A stretch of 64,000 nucleotides of DNA from Callorhinchus milii (taxonomy: Eukaryota). The position numbers and the translations under genes are program-made. The notes under the pieces are model-generated. The model saw only the letters and a program-made list of their open reading frames with translations. It did not search any database and had not been told where the DNA came from. Every line of letters starts with the position of its first letter. Positions within the stretch are counted from its first letter, which is position 1. The DNA lies in NCBI RefSeq assembly GCF_018977255.1, contig NW_024704742.1:14076001-14140000 (forward strand), written 5' to 3'. Positions 39,433-52,907 of this stretch are shown piece by piece.

Positions 39433-41309
39433 ATTTAAGGACTCTAAGGTGCCATCCGGCTTGAACTATATAAAGTTATTGTTATTCTATGTGAATAGAG
39501 GGAATTACACGTACCCTTTGTTACATAAATAACATTCAGAATCAGAATTGTCTGGAAGCCTTTTGATTGCTTGTTAATTACATAATTAAGGGTATCTCCA
39601 ATTCCTTCTGTACAAATGCTTTTACATATTGTCAGCACATTAAAGGCTCCAATGTCACATTGAAACAAAAGTTTCCAAAACATTCTGTCTTAAAAAAAAT
39701 GCCCCTTTAAGTGGCAATGCAACTGAAAGAAATGATCCTTTTTCTGTCCATATTTCAGTTATCCCTTTACATAGTATAAGTGTACATAAGTAGAATTTCA
39801 GCAAAATCACAAACCTATGTCAGTCAGGCCCTACAAAGACAAGTATTGTCAATGCAACTGAAAATGTTTAATAGTAAATGAACAGTAAAGTGCATTTTAC
39901 TGCTTTCTTCAAAATAAATGCATCACGTGAAATCTATCAACAATTGCTGTTTACCTGACCTAAATCCTTTTTTTATCTATTTTTATGTTCAATCCTTGTT
40001 GTCAGAATTTTTTTTAAAATCATCCATATTTTTATGGTGACTAAAACTATCACTGAAAGTGTTTAAATCCCTGGGGGGCTGGGGTTGAGCAGTGACCTCT
40101 TTTTGTTAGAAGACAGATCATGGATCAATGTTTCTGTGCTTTGCATTCCGAATTCGTAATAATCACTTCCTAAAACCAAAAGTGGACTTTAGCCTGAAAA
40201 AGCCTCCCTCTTTCTTTTATTAAGAGCTCTGGGATGCTACCCTATGTGAGGGGTGCTATATAAATGCAAGTTGTTGCTGTTGTTGTTATTACCTGGTTAA
40301 TGCTAATTTGTGGCCACTTCTGGCCCCTTTTAGAGTTTGCATTGAGACTGTAGAGGCAGCCTGTGTAAATTTTTAACATTTATCAGAAAGAGGAGACATC
40401 CAGTCTGGGCTCAGTTTGCTGTTATTAGCAATTATCTTGTGATCGACAACACTTTGCAAACTCTCCTCTTTCTATCTTAGCCACTGACAATGCCATATTA
40501 TTGAAGTTTTCAGACTGAAGGCAGTCAAGGGTTAAAAGCAAGTATACTTCGGCTATAATGTTCATCAAGCAGCTATAGCATTTCAGATCTGTTTAAAGAT
40601 AATTAAGATGGCTTGTTACAATGTTTTCATAATATGTACCAGCATTGAAAACCACAGCGGTTTATTGTTTGGGTGTTAAAGCGTGCTATCACTTTATGAC
40701 ACAAATAAAGGATTGAGGTTTGAATCTCATTCACTTGACAAAATGAGTTAAAAATGGTCAAAGTACATTTTCACTATGAGTGTGTTCCTGTGATGCCCAC
40801 ACGGAGGGGTCCCAACTCAATGTGCTCCTGTTTTATCGGTTCTTCAGTTCTCTAGCAGTGAAAGAACAATGTAATTTACAAATGATGCATTCAGCAGACA
40901 CTGACTGCAGTTCCTTTGCTATAGCTTGTTTATATTAAGAAAATAAACCACTTAAACCATAAAACCTAGCAATAAGGAAGCAGTTTGCTGATGACTGAAG
41001 ATAAAGCTCATTGCAACTAAACAAGTGGGCTATTGCACAATATTGTATCAACAATAACAAAATGTTCTTGAACTTAAGGGGTAGAACCATACCTTTTAAG
41101 ATGGGCTGGCAGCTGAGAGAAAACAGAATGAAAAATAAGCTACAGAATCAGAAGGTTCATTTTTAAAACCATTAACTAATTCCGTAACCCTATTTATTTT
41201 AACTTTGCGATTGATTTGAGTTTTATTTGTGAAGCTTACCCATTAAATTTTTTTAAACGTCAGTGGTTTGAATCATGCATCCAGTCAGCAGTACCACTGA
41301 ATGTTAATA

Positions 41310-41675
41310 AAGAGGAACTATGAAGAACCATTAAACAAGCTAACGCTCGTCAGCCTTAAAAGGAAACCTCTCGCAGGGGACATTATAGAGGTATATAAAT
41401 GGAATTGAAAAAGTAAACTCTGAAGAATACTTTCAGATACACGAAGACAGCAGAACAAGACTGTACAGGTTCAAGGTTGTGAAGGGAATTTCAGGACAGA
41501 CACCAGAATTTTTTTTACACAAAGGGTAATTAATTAGTGGAATCAAAAAGGGTTGTTGAGGTTAGGATATTAGACGCATTTTAGAAACAGCTTGTGCTCT
41601 GATGGGAGGACAATAGGAGGAGGATGTCATCAAATGAGCAGAGTTTTTTTTCATCTAAATCTCTCTTGTGATCTT
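41310..41675 (+). mobile_element. Old CR1 3' fragment
   Basis: aactatgaagaaccattaaacaagcta ... aggggacattatagaggtatataaa ... ttttttacacaaagggtaattaa. Confidence 0.7.
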
Positions 41676-42386
41676 CTGACCTATTCCCTCTTGACCAATG
41701 CTTTGTCGCTCTCATTTTCCAAGTCCTGATCGTTACAAAAAGCATGATATTCAGGCAGACACCTGACAGTGCCTTTAAGACTGGGCTATTAATAGGTGGA
41801 AAACTAGGTTGATAACAGCAGCACAGGTTTGCTACTGGGAAAAGCTCAGAACCAAGCTATCAAACACAATAAAATACTGACACTCATTTTGTTCTCATTT
41901 CAAAATTGTTAGTTCCATGTATGACAAGAAAGTGCATTTAGGTGAATTACTTTGAAATTCTCCTAGTGATGCTAATTTGTTTAGACTAGAACTCTGAAAA
42001 TAAAGCCGAATCAAGGGTAACTAGTGTGCAGTCTGATGGGAGTAGTGCTGCATAAGCTGTCTCTGTTTAAAGTTATTCTAAGGTTACATTTTTAGCTATG
42101 AATATGGGTTGAATGACAGTAGAGAGAGTAAAGATATTGGTTTGGTAGGCTCAAATGTCTCTGGGAATAAGAAAAGTGAAGAAAGAATCCCGCCGAGGGT
42201 TTTGATTGATGTGGTATGTACTCTCCTTTTCATTATTTCAATTTTTACATTAGTTGTCTCTGTGCAGAGAGAAATATTCAAGTTGTTCCGTAGAGAAGAG
42301 AAAAATGACCACTGCCATACAGAGAGTTCTTTCACAAAATTAGTTTCTCGCTCTATAACTACTATTGTGAAAGAACTTGAGCAGCT

Positions 42387-42510
42387 GTCAGACATATCAC
42401 CAAATGATGGGTACACATTAATCCAATGGGAATACCAGCACCAGTCGGACATATCACCATACGAAGGATAACACATCAATCCAACTGGAATACCAGCTCC
42501 AGTCAGACAT
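42387..42510 (+). repeat. Tandem repeat, 57-58 bp unit, ~2.2 copies
   Basis: gtc(a/g)gacatatcacca...aatccaa..ggaataccagc.cca starts at 42387, 42444 and 42502. Confidence 0.85.
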
Positions 42511-44030
42511 TTGCTTTCAAAATATAGTGACTATACTCCACACTTCCTGTGAAGTGCTTTGAGATGTTTTGATAATGTGATATTGCACTGTATCAAATGC
42601 AAGGATTATTCATCATTATTATAATAAATTGTTGTTCTTAAGCCTCCATCCACAAAATCCTCAATCTTGAATACCTTGTGAATGAATGCTCAGTGACAAC
42701 ACTGAAGAAAATGTTTACATTGACAAATCTGGTCTATCTTTCTTTCAGTCAGTCAGATATAAAGTTTTAAATGAAGCACAACACTCCTAAAATTTGTTGT
42801 ACTTTCAAGAAGGGGTACTAGTTTTTAAAAGCTTAAATATTAAAGCAAGGTCACCCTACCCGAGAGACAGTGTACATGAAGCCTACAGCAAAATACCACT
42901 CCCCAACAAAAAATCACACAAAAAAGCAATATGAAAAGCACCGAGCGCTTAGAACAGAAAAATCAATTCAGTGTCCTCTAAAAACTTGCCCTCAAAATGA
43001 TATCAAGTAAATAACCTTAAAAAACATATTGGAAAATATTCTTTCTAAGATTGCTTTTGTTGTCAGTGCACATGAAATTACCAAGGGAAGCACTTTTTGA
43101 AACTCACACTTTTAAGTACGCAGTCAGCATTCAAGATCTTTGAAAAAATCATTTAGGTTAAGGTTGGTCAGTTAGGTTAAGGTTAATGTAAAGGTTATGT
43201 AGAAGATTGATCTTTTTCCAGCATTTGATTGATTTAAATGAATTTATTGCAGATCAATTCTGGAACCTGAAGCTCTGTGACCAATTTAATTTGAATCAGG
43301 TCCTATCAGTGCTACGTTGAACCAATTTCAATTGATTTTACTAATGGTGCAGGATGATCCTCATCTTCCTTTCGTGTTACTTCTGTCTATGTGGTTTCTG
43401 ATTCAATAACGTTTTTTTCCAAGATCCTGTTTATGTTTTGCCAGTTTGGAACTGGTAAAGATAAAAGAGGGTTTATACAGCATTCACCTTTCCCGGCAGC
43501 TGCGCTTCATAGACCATTGCCTTGAGGCCCATGAAACAAGATATGGTTTAACTCTTTTAGTTTAAAGGGAGTGAGGTTAAGGTAAATGGAATAAGGTATG
43601 GCATGTATAGCTCTGTTGATAAAAATGGCTTTGAGGAAGTTAGTAATTTTGATTTTCCTATCCATTAGCGATCTTGGGTTTTGACAGTACTGGAACAGCA
43701 AATTAGCGATAACACAGCTTAATTACCTTTCTAAGCTCTGGGTATGAAGCGCTTTGGTAAATGGCCCAATTTGGGAAGATCATGCACTTGCTAAGGTCGA
43801 TACAGTACAAATGCTTTGATCTGTGGTTTTTATTCCTGGGCTATGCCAATGGATGGCTGCAACTCTTTCCACAAGTTCCAGACACATAGCTTGGTTATCA
43901 TTTAATGGTCGCATGCAACCATCCCCATAAAATGGCAAGAAACACAGCTTGAAACTCGCTGCAGCACAGCAAGGATCACAGCAGCACACCAAGCCACTCA
44001 AGCTTGTCACCAGGGCAGACCACAAGTGTT

Positions 44031-44210
44031 GAACAAAACACAAAATATTGCAAATGCTAGAATCTGAAACAAAAACAGAAAGAGCTGGGAAAACTCAGCA
44101 GGTCAGGCAGCATCTATGGAGAATGTTCTGATGAAGTGTCGACTCACTTTTCTTTCTCCATAGATGCTGCCTGACCTGCTGAATTTTCCCAGCTCCCTCT
44201 GTTTTTGATT
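44031..44210. mobile_element. Penelope pLTR-derived fold-back insertion with 15-bp TSD
   Basis: Arms ~44063-44123 and ~44154-44214 are reverse complements; cagaccacaagtgtt occurs at 44016-44030 and 44211-44225; sequence matches 21020-21160. Confidence 0.88.
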
Positions 44211-44444
44211 CAGACCACAAGTGTTCACAGGTGGTTAGATCATGAAACTATCAACAGTTGAGTGTGATGCTGCCCACCAATACAGTCAGTTGTATTCCAG
44301 TTCATGGTTTACAGTTGATGTAGGCAGCTAAGGATTAATGTAGAAAGGTGTTTGGCGAGGATCTTACAGTGTGCAATGTACAATCCTTGGTGTTTTATAA
44401 ATAATTGTAAGGTCTTCAATATCAGCTCCAAAACTCCAAAGCTA

Positions 44445-45298
44445 ATAATAATCCTTGCATTTGATAAAGCACTTTATCATATCAAAATGTCTCAAACTGA
44501 TTTACAGAATTTTTCTGTAGAGTGTAGTGATTGTGTTTGCAGGCAAATACAACAGCAATTCAATTTGCACACAGCAATGCCCCATAAACAGCAATGAAGT
44601 GAATGACCATTTTTATTCACTCTGGGGACTGTTAACCAGGACATTAGGAGAAAGTCACTTCTTTTTTCACAAATCGTGCCATGGCATCTTTAACATTCAC
44701 TGAATGGGCAGACAGGATCTCAGTTTAACATGTCATCTGAAGTAGGGCACCTTCAACAGTGCAACACACCCACAGCACTGCATTAGAATGTCAGCCTCGG
44801 CTATGAGTTCAAAGTCTACACTGGGTCTTGAATTCCCAACCGTTCTGTTTCAGAGGTGAGTGCTGTATACTGAGTCAGCTCAACTCTCACCTCTGAATCA
44901 GAAGGTTTGGGTTGAAGCTCCACATGGGACTTGGAACTCAAGTAGTCCAAGATAACACTCCAATGAAATGCTGGGGGAGCACTGCATTGTTGGAGGTGCT
45001 GTCCTTCAGATGAGATGTTAAAGCAAGGTCCCATCTGTACATGTTCAAGTAGATATTAAATATCCCATGTCATTATTTGAAACGAGAAAGGAGTTTCTCC
45101 TGGTATTGCCAACAATCCCAAAATAAAATTGGTCATTCACTTCATAGCTGTTATGGAACGTCGCTGTGTGCAATTTAGCTATACATTCACCTACAGCTTG
45201 CACTGTCACAACACTTTATAGTAGAATCCTGTGAGGCACTTTGAAACATCCTACTGATGTGAAAAGGGTTGTAGCAAATGCAAAGATTATTATTTTAG
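44445..45298. mobile_element. Two family B SINEs head-to-head (- 44445-44875, + 44870-45298)
   Basis: ..ttcagaggtgagtgctgtatactgagtcagctcaactctcacctctgaatcagaagg..; a complete Deu core and tail on each side. Confidence 0.85.
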
Positions 45299-46851
45299 TA
45301 GTAGCATCAATGATTAGGAGTCGAGAATCATATTTCCAATTGCTGGTTTTCGACTGTTGCTTCATATAATATTGATTATGTTAAACCAGTATTTCATGAA
45401 GGCTACACTCAAACGTCATGATTGGAAACAACAATGAGAGCCCAAAAATCTTCTGCCCCAAGTATTGTGCCAAAGTCAAGGGATGACTTGACAAGGGGTG
45501 ACTTATCAAATCAGTTGATAAATATTGCCAAAAATTCAAAAGTTTCTTAACAGATTCAGTGTAATTCACTATGAATCTCTTCTGAACATTCACATTCTTC
45601 AACTCATCTTTTACTCCTAAACTTGAGTAGATTAATTAAAGCTGTGAAATGTGCATTATTAGAAAAAGTACAATCAATTATAAGTACCAGAAAAACAGAT
45701 TGTGAAATAATTTTAAATAGTTAAAATAAAAGGGATTAAGAGAAGTGAAGCACAAACACTAACGCAAACTAGTTGGGCTGTTGCCTGTTTCTGTGCTGCA
45801 GCATTCGATGTATAACTATTCAATTCTGTGTAATTCTTTGTAGTTAATATCATTAAAGGTTTTCTTCTGTGTGGGATTTATTTTAGAACATGGTCATAGT
45901 TCAGTGCACTATTGGAGAATGCTTAAATAGAACAGCCTGGAGGAAAATTTAGCAAAGAAGCAAAATGTTTGAATAGCATCTTATTCTATTCTATTTTAGC
46001 TTTGATGTATCGTGTGATTGATTGCTGCTTTAATACTGCCTAATGGATAATGACTGCAAGAATCCAAAGTCTGCATGAGACTACAGCCAAATGCTTGTCA
46101 CCCCATTTTGTGAGAAGGCTCAGTAACAATAATACCTTCTACATGCGGGGAAATCTCAGTCTAGTTTTGAAGCCAAATCAACATCAGTTTAGAAAATGTT
46201 GGCAAACTACGAATAAAAACTCCACTAGTTTTCTTGAGGGTGGAGGTTCCATAATGCTGAAAACCATGTACATCTGTAAAATCATTTTCTGTACAGAGTA
46301 GACGAATCTCAATGTATGATGAACCCACCCAAATGGCTGCAGCCTAACTACTTGTGATATGTATTTGTCCATTCTATATCTACTTATATGGTAAAGTCCA
46401 ACCCCTATGGCTGGTAGATTTATGCCACCAAAATGTAATATGTGTTTTGCTAGGTTATCGTCACTGTGCACACTGAGCGATCCCCTTTAAGTGTAGAAAG
46501 CTTTTTTCCATACATGCACAGTGAGTCCACACACAATATACTTCCTGCAACATTTTGCATCACATAAACCACTAGAGCCTGGAATCAGTCCATGTTTCAG
46601 AGCAAATGCATGACCCTTGTATGTAGTGAGAATTTACCGATCAGTGGTAAGTGAGGTGTTTTTTTAATCTACTTCACTTAGGAGGTAATTGTATCCCATG
46701 CTGTGAATAGTCAGAAGCATGTACACTTCAATATCTCATTATTCTTCATGTATAAACCCAGGCACATTATTTGCCCGGGAAGATGCAGTGGAAGATGAGG
46801 TTAATCCTGTCTGCACCCTCATGTGATTCGGTGCCCCACACCCAACGTGTA

Positions 46852-47365
46852 TCAGCCTGGCACAATGGTAGCACTCATGCCTCTGAGTCAGAAGGTTGTG
46901 GGTTCAAGCCCCTGGTTAGGACTTGGAATCATCTAGTCTAAGCTGACACTCCAATACAGTGCTGGGGGGTGTTTCATTGTCAGAGTTGCCATTCTTCGGA
47001 TGAGATGTTAAACTGAGGTCCCGTCTGCTTGTTGAGGTGTACGTTAAAAGATCCCATGGCACTATTTGAAAAGAGAAGGGAGTTTCTGAGATAACACGGA
47101 GAAGTCAGGTGACAGGCAACAGTCCTATTTACTAATCGCAGAGGGAAGCAGAAGTGTGGGTAGGAGAAAATCAGAGAGATAAGGAGTTGCTAATGTGGAA
47201 GCATTTATAGGTGAGACTGAGGATCAGGACCGTGAAATTGATCCACTGCCAGGGAGGGAGTTGGTGGAGTTTGGTGAGGATTAGGCTGGACTAGAATGGA
47301 GTTTGATTTGGGTGAGGGTGCGAGTGACAGAATTTTGGATAAATTGGAGCTTATGAATGGTGGAA
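46852..47365. mobile_element. Family B SINE 5' half (+, 46852-47088) followed by an old L2 fragment (-)
   Basis: cagcctggcacaatggtagcactcatgcctctgagtcagaaggttgtgggttcaag; then aggatcaggaccgtgaaattgatccactg. Confidence 0.75.
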
Positions 47366-48802
47366 CATAGTATGAGCCAGGGATCGAATCTCAGATTTTC
47401 CGGTCTGTGTCCTAATTTCACAATAGATGACGCACTAGGTTACTGAAGGAGCTCTAAATTACATTTATAAAGGCAAAGGATACAGTTTGAAAGAGAAGGT
47501 TGAGTAGCTTTCATAACCATCATCTAATCCCTGAGAAGAAATTAAAGTCCTATTTGCCATTACGTTGAGGTTCATGAGGGTAATCACATCTGGCTGGCAG
47601 TGGTTTTCATGCCACACCAATGATCACTCTTGATCATTGATATAGGATGAGATCCTTCCTGAAGGGTTAATGATTCAGATAGAATAGTAGGTTTGCTGAG
47701 TAATAATCATAACCCAGTTACAAGAAAACAATAGTCAGTACATATTATATGAAGATAAGATATATAAGGCTGATCATGCAATATTAGTTAGAGAATCTCA
47801 TCACAAGTGACTGAGTAATTGGCACACATTTGGTGGAACCTGTAACTAAAATTTTTCAAGCCCAATTTAACATATAATGTAACTAGTTATTCAGCATTTT
47901 ATTCAGCACAATTTTCTCAGTAATAGTTTATATGATCTGCAAGTTAATACATATATCATCCAAAACTACAATTACAAAATTTAGACATAACATACACCAA
48001 GAATTGATTTTTGTTTTGCTGCTAATTTCATATTTTTGTCTGTTCCAGTATTTATTTTGCTGTGCGATGCAGATCCTTTGACTATTGGCTTGTAATGTTA
48101 GACTTTCAGTCATCTTTGCCATTGTCTCCTCAGTACCACCAGAAGAAGTCTGTCATTGTCCACACCCTCTTGACTTCTGTTACTTTTACTAACTTGCCTG
48201 TTTCTTTCTCAACTTTTTTTAAAATCCAATTTTTCCTTTTAAAATCACCATCAAAATTTTAATTCAAGATGAATTACCAAGTTAAACAGACAGGTTGGAA
48301 CACAGAGCAAAAAGGGTCTTAACAGCAGGTCATTGGTGCCAGTGAAAGTGCAGAATTTACGAATGACTTGTGCTCTTCAAAGCAGATGCACCTGGTTTTC
48401 ACTACTCTTTCGTGATAAACAAAATCATTTTGTGTTTGGTCATAAAATTAAGACTGTTAAAGAATACTATTTTGTAGCTTAGCCCTTAGAGATAGTTCGA
48501 TGAAGGGATGAAGATTGATAATGCCAAACGTAGAAGACTGATGCCGCAATTAAAAACAGTGATTTACATTTATATAGTACCTATCAAGCCTGGAGGATGT
48601 CTCAAAGCTGACGGGGATCTGCGGGATGGGGTGGGGGAGCTGAGGGAGTTAACGTTCCTATATCAGAATAGAGAGCAGGCAAATAGGGATGTAGGGTAAT
48701 GTTAACCAGTTGAAGTGAACAGGCTTTGTAGTAATAAAGTGACGGTGGAGGTGGGAGTAATATGGTATGTGATAGCAACCTTTTTTCCCTTCTATCTGTA
48801 AA

Positions 48803-49082
48803 AATAATAATCCTCATATTTGATCGAGCGCCTTTCACATTGAGAGGACATCTTGATCCCCATCACAAGATTCACTGTAAGGTGCAGTGACTGTCTATTT
48901 TGTAGGTGAATGTGGCAGCTAATTTACGCACAACAACCGTAAAGTAAAAGTTCAGTTTTGCGTGGGAGATTGTTGGACGAGACACCGGGAGAAACTCCCT
49001 TCTCTTTCTGAATGGGGATGTTTAATGTCCACCTGAGCACACAGGTTGGACCTCAGTTTAACGTCTCATCCAAAGGATGGTA
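48803..49082 (-). mobile_element. SINE family B 3' part
   Basis: aataataatcctcatatttgatcgagcgcctttcac ... gtttaacgtctcatccaaagg. Confidence 0.75.
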
Positions 49083-51099
49083 CCAAAATAGTTATAGAAT
49101 GTGATACATTGGATATTTTGAAAAAAAAGACAAATTACCATGACCATTTCTTCTTAAGTGGACATCATGTTTAGTTTCTTTAGAACACATATAAGAATGG
49201 TCCATTTTCTCATTAAATATATATATATATAGTGGTGCCTTTCTGGTCAGGGAGAATCTAAAATCATATTCTCTGCATAGAGATAGACTGTGTGATCCAC
49301 AAAGTTTGAATCTCTTGTGGAAACTGGGCTCGAATCTAGGTTGGACTCATGCACTTATCCACTTCACACACTTACAACATACAACGTCAAGCTTCTTACT
49401 AAGAACAATGCGAACAAAATCTTTAAAAGCCAAATGAAAGTAAATATATAATAGGGAAATTCATATTTCAGTAATTGTTTTGTTCAGGGTATTATCTAGG
49501 GCAGTTAAATAAGGATCACTCCATCGCTCACCTCTCAAGGTCTTTCTCAAGACCAATTTCTTTGACCGCCCTTTCGATCATCTTTCCCCTCCCCACTCTC
49601 TTCAGCTCCAACCCCCAGCTCAGGCATTTTATAAATGTAAATTCATATTGTCAGTAGTATTTGTTAGCGTATGAAAATGGACAATACAAGAATAAATATT
49701 TTTCCAACCCACCAAATGCAAATTTTGTAAGCTTAAGCTTCAAACATGATCCTTTTCCTTACATTAATACCAAAGCCAACTGCAAGCATAAATCCTTTGC
49801 TTTGAAACGTGCTCCCTGACAATTTTCAGGGGAGTGTGGGCTGTGGCAGCATTACCTCTTCAAATTATCCCTGCAGTTCACAGCAATTGGAAGCACCATA
49901 ATTAAACTCCATTAGATTTATTACAGGGGACATTAAAAAGGACAAAGTTGAAAGAACACATGAAACATTTCTTTAATAATATTTTTCTTTCTGAAAAATA
50001 TATCATCCTACACTTGTCATATGGTAGCACTGGGGAGTGAAACTATTTCTTGTGCTTCGCAAGGTTAATTGTATTTTGAACTCATGGGGGCCATTTAATC
50101 TTCAGGGAGAAACTTGGTATTTACTCCATCGTTTACATTATTCTTAACGTCTCATTTCAGTAATGCTGTGACAGCAGCAAAATCTCCTATCCCAGACTCT
50201 CACACTCATTAAAACATTTCATGTAAGCCAATTCCTCTGTAAATCAATAGATATATGACAAATTATTTTTACAAACATGGATAATTTCTCCAGTAAGGCC
50301 TCAATTTTCACACAATGCTTTGATGCACAATAAATACAGTCTATGAGGAATGTCCAAAATGATTGTTTTTGCTATTTTGGGGGAGCTGAAATTTATTTCG
50401 CAGAATATAAGTTTTTCTTTATAATTTGAAATTTACACTTTAATCACTGTATTTTACATGTGTTAAAATCTGGTAGATGTGTGTCCTATAAGAAGCACCT
50501 CAATCCAATTCTAAAATTTTATTGGTAAAATGAGGTATGTGATGTGATAATTATTTAAAGAACAGAAAATGTGATTGTTTTGTGTGAAAACAAAACACAC
50601 AGAACTGAATCGTTTCTCGTGAACGGTTTCTCCCTCCTATATTCAGCTGGAAGACTTTTTGGGTGTTGGGCGGAGGTAGCTAAAACATTTATTCCTTGCC
50701 TTTCACCTTTCCATTTTTTTCAATTGTAATCTTAAATTTAAGATAATATTATGTGTTAAATCAGGATTGAATCACTGCGCCCACAGCTGAGAATAAATGT
50801 AAACCCCAATCGAGCAGACTGATAATTATCGTTTCCCCTTAGTATAGTGTGACGAAAACAGGTTTATGTAACTAGCAGAGTGAGCATTATAATTGTCTAA
50901 GGGAATTCCCTGGATGACAGAAGAGGAAAAATAGCCCCCAGTTCTGGCTCTTCAACAAAGATAAAATTGTTGTTCTTTTGAATTACTGCATACTCCACCA
51001 GTGGTCTGCGTGGAAAAGGCAATACTGACTCACAAAGACGAATAGAAGCAGATTCATTGAAATTATTGGTGTGTTCAGGGCAACATTGAGGTGCTATAC

Positions 51100-51390
51100 T
51101 TGACCTCAGCACCCTTATGCAGAGGAGGGGAAATCAGACAGAATTCCCTTTGCCTGATCACTGTCCTGAAATCCCTGCTGGAAGGTAGGCAGGTATGGAC
51201 ATTTGGTGAAGGCAGGAATGGGCTAGAAGTGGTGCCCATCTAGTGAAATAGCCTGCTAACTATCCCCTGTTCAGGTTCACATGGATCATAACCACTTTGG
51301 TGAGATACTGTCGAGTTACTGAGGCTTGTGGAATTGTAACTCTAGCGAAACAAAAATAAAGAAGTCATGCTCACATTCAGAGGAGGAGAA
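51100..51390 (+). repeat. Unclassified old repeat (family C, probably a SINE)
   Basis: Similar to 59655-59890 (cctgatc.ct.t.., tggaca.t.ggtgaag, ccact..ggtgag.tac). Confidence 0.55.
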
Positions 51391-52907
51391 AGTGTACTGA
51401 AAGAGAAATATTAGCGAGAGAGAATAATCAGTTAATATATCAATATTGTTTATTCAACTTCCCATTGATTTTGTTAAATATGGGGTGAAAACCATGAGCT
51501 GTGAGATCACATCGTTAAATTGCAGTCAAAGTCAGTCAATGATTATCAAGTTTAATCCCCTCACCCCGACTTCAGCACAGTGGTTGAGTCTGAAGCGAGC
51601 CTGAACCAACTATGGGAGTTAATTACCCCAGATTGTGCCATTTAAGTGCCGGTCGGGAGTGATCTTCACTCATTGTTGATAATGATCACATCCCAAGCCT
51701 CACATTTTACTCCATCTGTCTTTTTAACCAACTTAGCTTTAGTTTTTCTATAACATCCATTTTATCTAGATGCTTCTACCAGAGGGAAGGTATCCAGCTT
51801 GTTCAGTATTTATCATTGTTCATTAATGAGACAAAAGGAGGGAGGGAACTTTGCAAGATATGATGTGTTAATTCATCACCGGTGATAATTAACGTATCTT
51901 GGACTTGCCACCTACCCATGGGTATGACCTATCACTGTACATATACCGTAAGAAATGATTGCAGATTATTTATAAACATAAGCTATTCTTTAAAATCTTA
52001 CAAATCCTCTGCATTTTGATAATGAAAGCCATCAGTTTTATAAATCACAGTAGGTTCATATTTAACCATACGGAGTTGGACATTTGTGACTACTGTTTCT
52101 CTCACAAAGGGGATGCATTAAATCCTACTTCAAACATATCTCATAGTGACACTTTCATTGTCCAAGGACTATGCAATAACCTCAGTTGTCTTATTTTAGT
52201 TGTGTCCATCCCTTAATAGTTATTTTAATTGATGTTTTAATCATTGTGCATTTGTCAGTCAGTGCTGTGCTTAATTATCTGTGCAGTAATTATGCCAAAA
52301 TGTAGGTTTAATGATAAGATATTCATTTAGCAATCCCCAATGAACGGTATTAATATTACCGTCGACAGAATAACATTGCATCCAATCTGTGGAAAAATCA
52401 AATGGCTTTAAGGTTGCCAAAACTGTTCTCAGTTTATCTAACCCTTCATTTTGCTGCTATTTTGTCTTGTGGATTTTTCTGCTATTATTTTTCTACCCAA
52501 CAGAGAGTTTTTATACATTATATAGTAAACATTCATTGCCAATCCATTGATTGCTCAAATCCTCAGTACTGTACTTCTTTCCCTGTGGCTACCTCCCTAA
52601 TACTTTCTCCCCAATATTCCATCCTGGTCAGACTACAACTCTGTCTCTGTAAAATGCTTTGCGATAATTTCTCATGTGAAAGGCATAATTTAAGTACAAT
52701 TTTGTTCTTATCCTATTGTTCGTTTGCTGCTAAATCCCTTATGTTTGAGCATTATTCAAAAGCCTCCAAGTACTCTTCTAAGCAACCATTCTCTGCATGA
52801 GAGTCTGGACAGTGGCCTTGACAGGCCATTTGCTTCAAGACAACATCACAAGATTACAAGATCATAAATTTGATTTGTATGAAAAAGGTTCTTTGTGTTA
52901 TTTATAA

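Noticed and set aside
42387..42510. CRISPR-like array
   Set aside because: These are contiguous tandem units without unique spacers, in vertebrate DNA with no cas genes.
43152..43197. TTAGG/TTAAGG telomere-like run
   Set aside because: Only a few imperfect units, and not vertebrate TTAGGG; consistent with low-complexity chance.
50901..50910. Perfect NF-kB palindrome GGGAATTCCC
   Set aside because: A single 10-mer in 64 kb with no supporting context is not enough to call a site.
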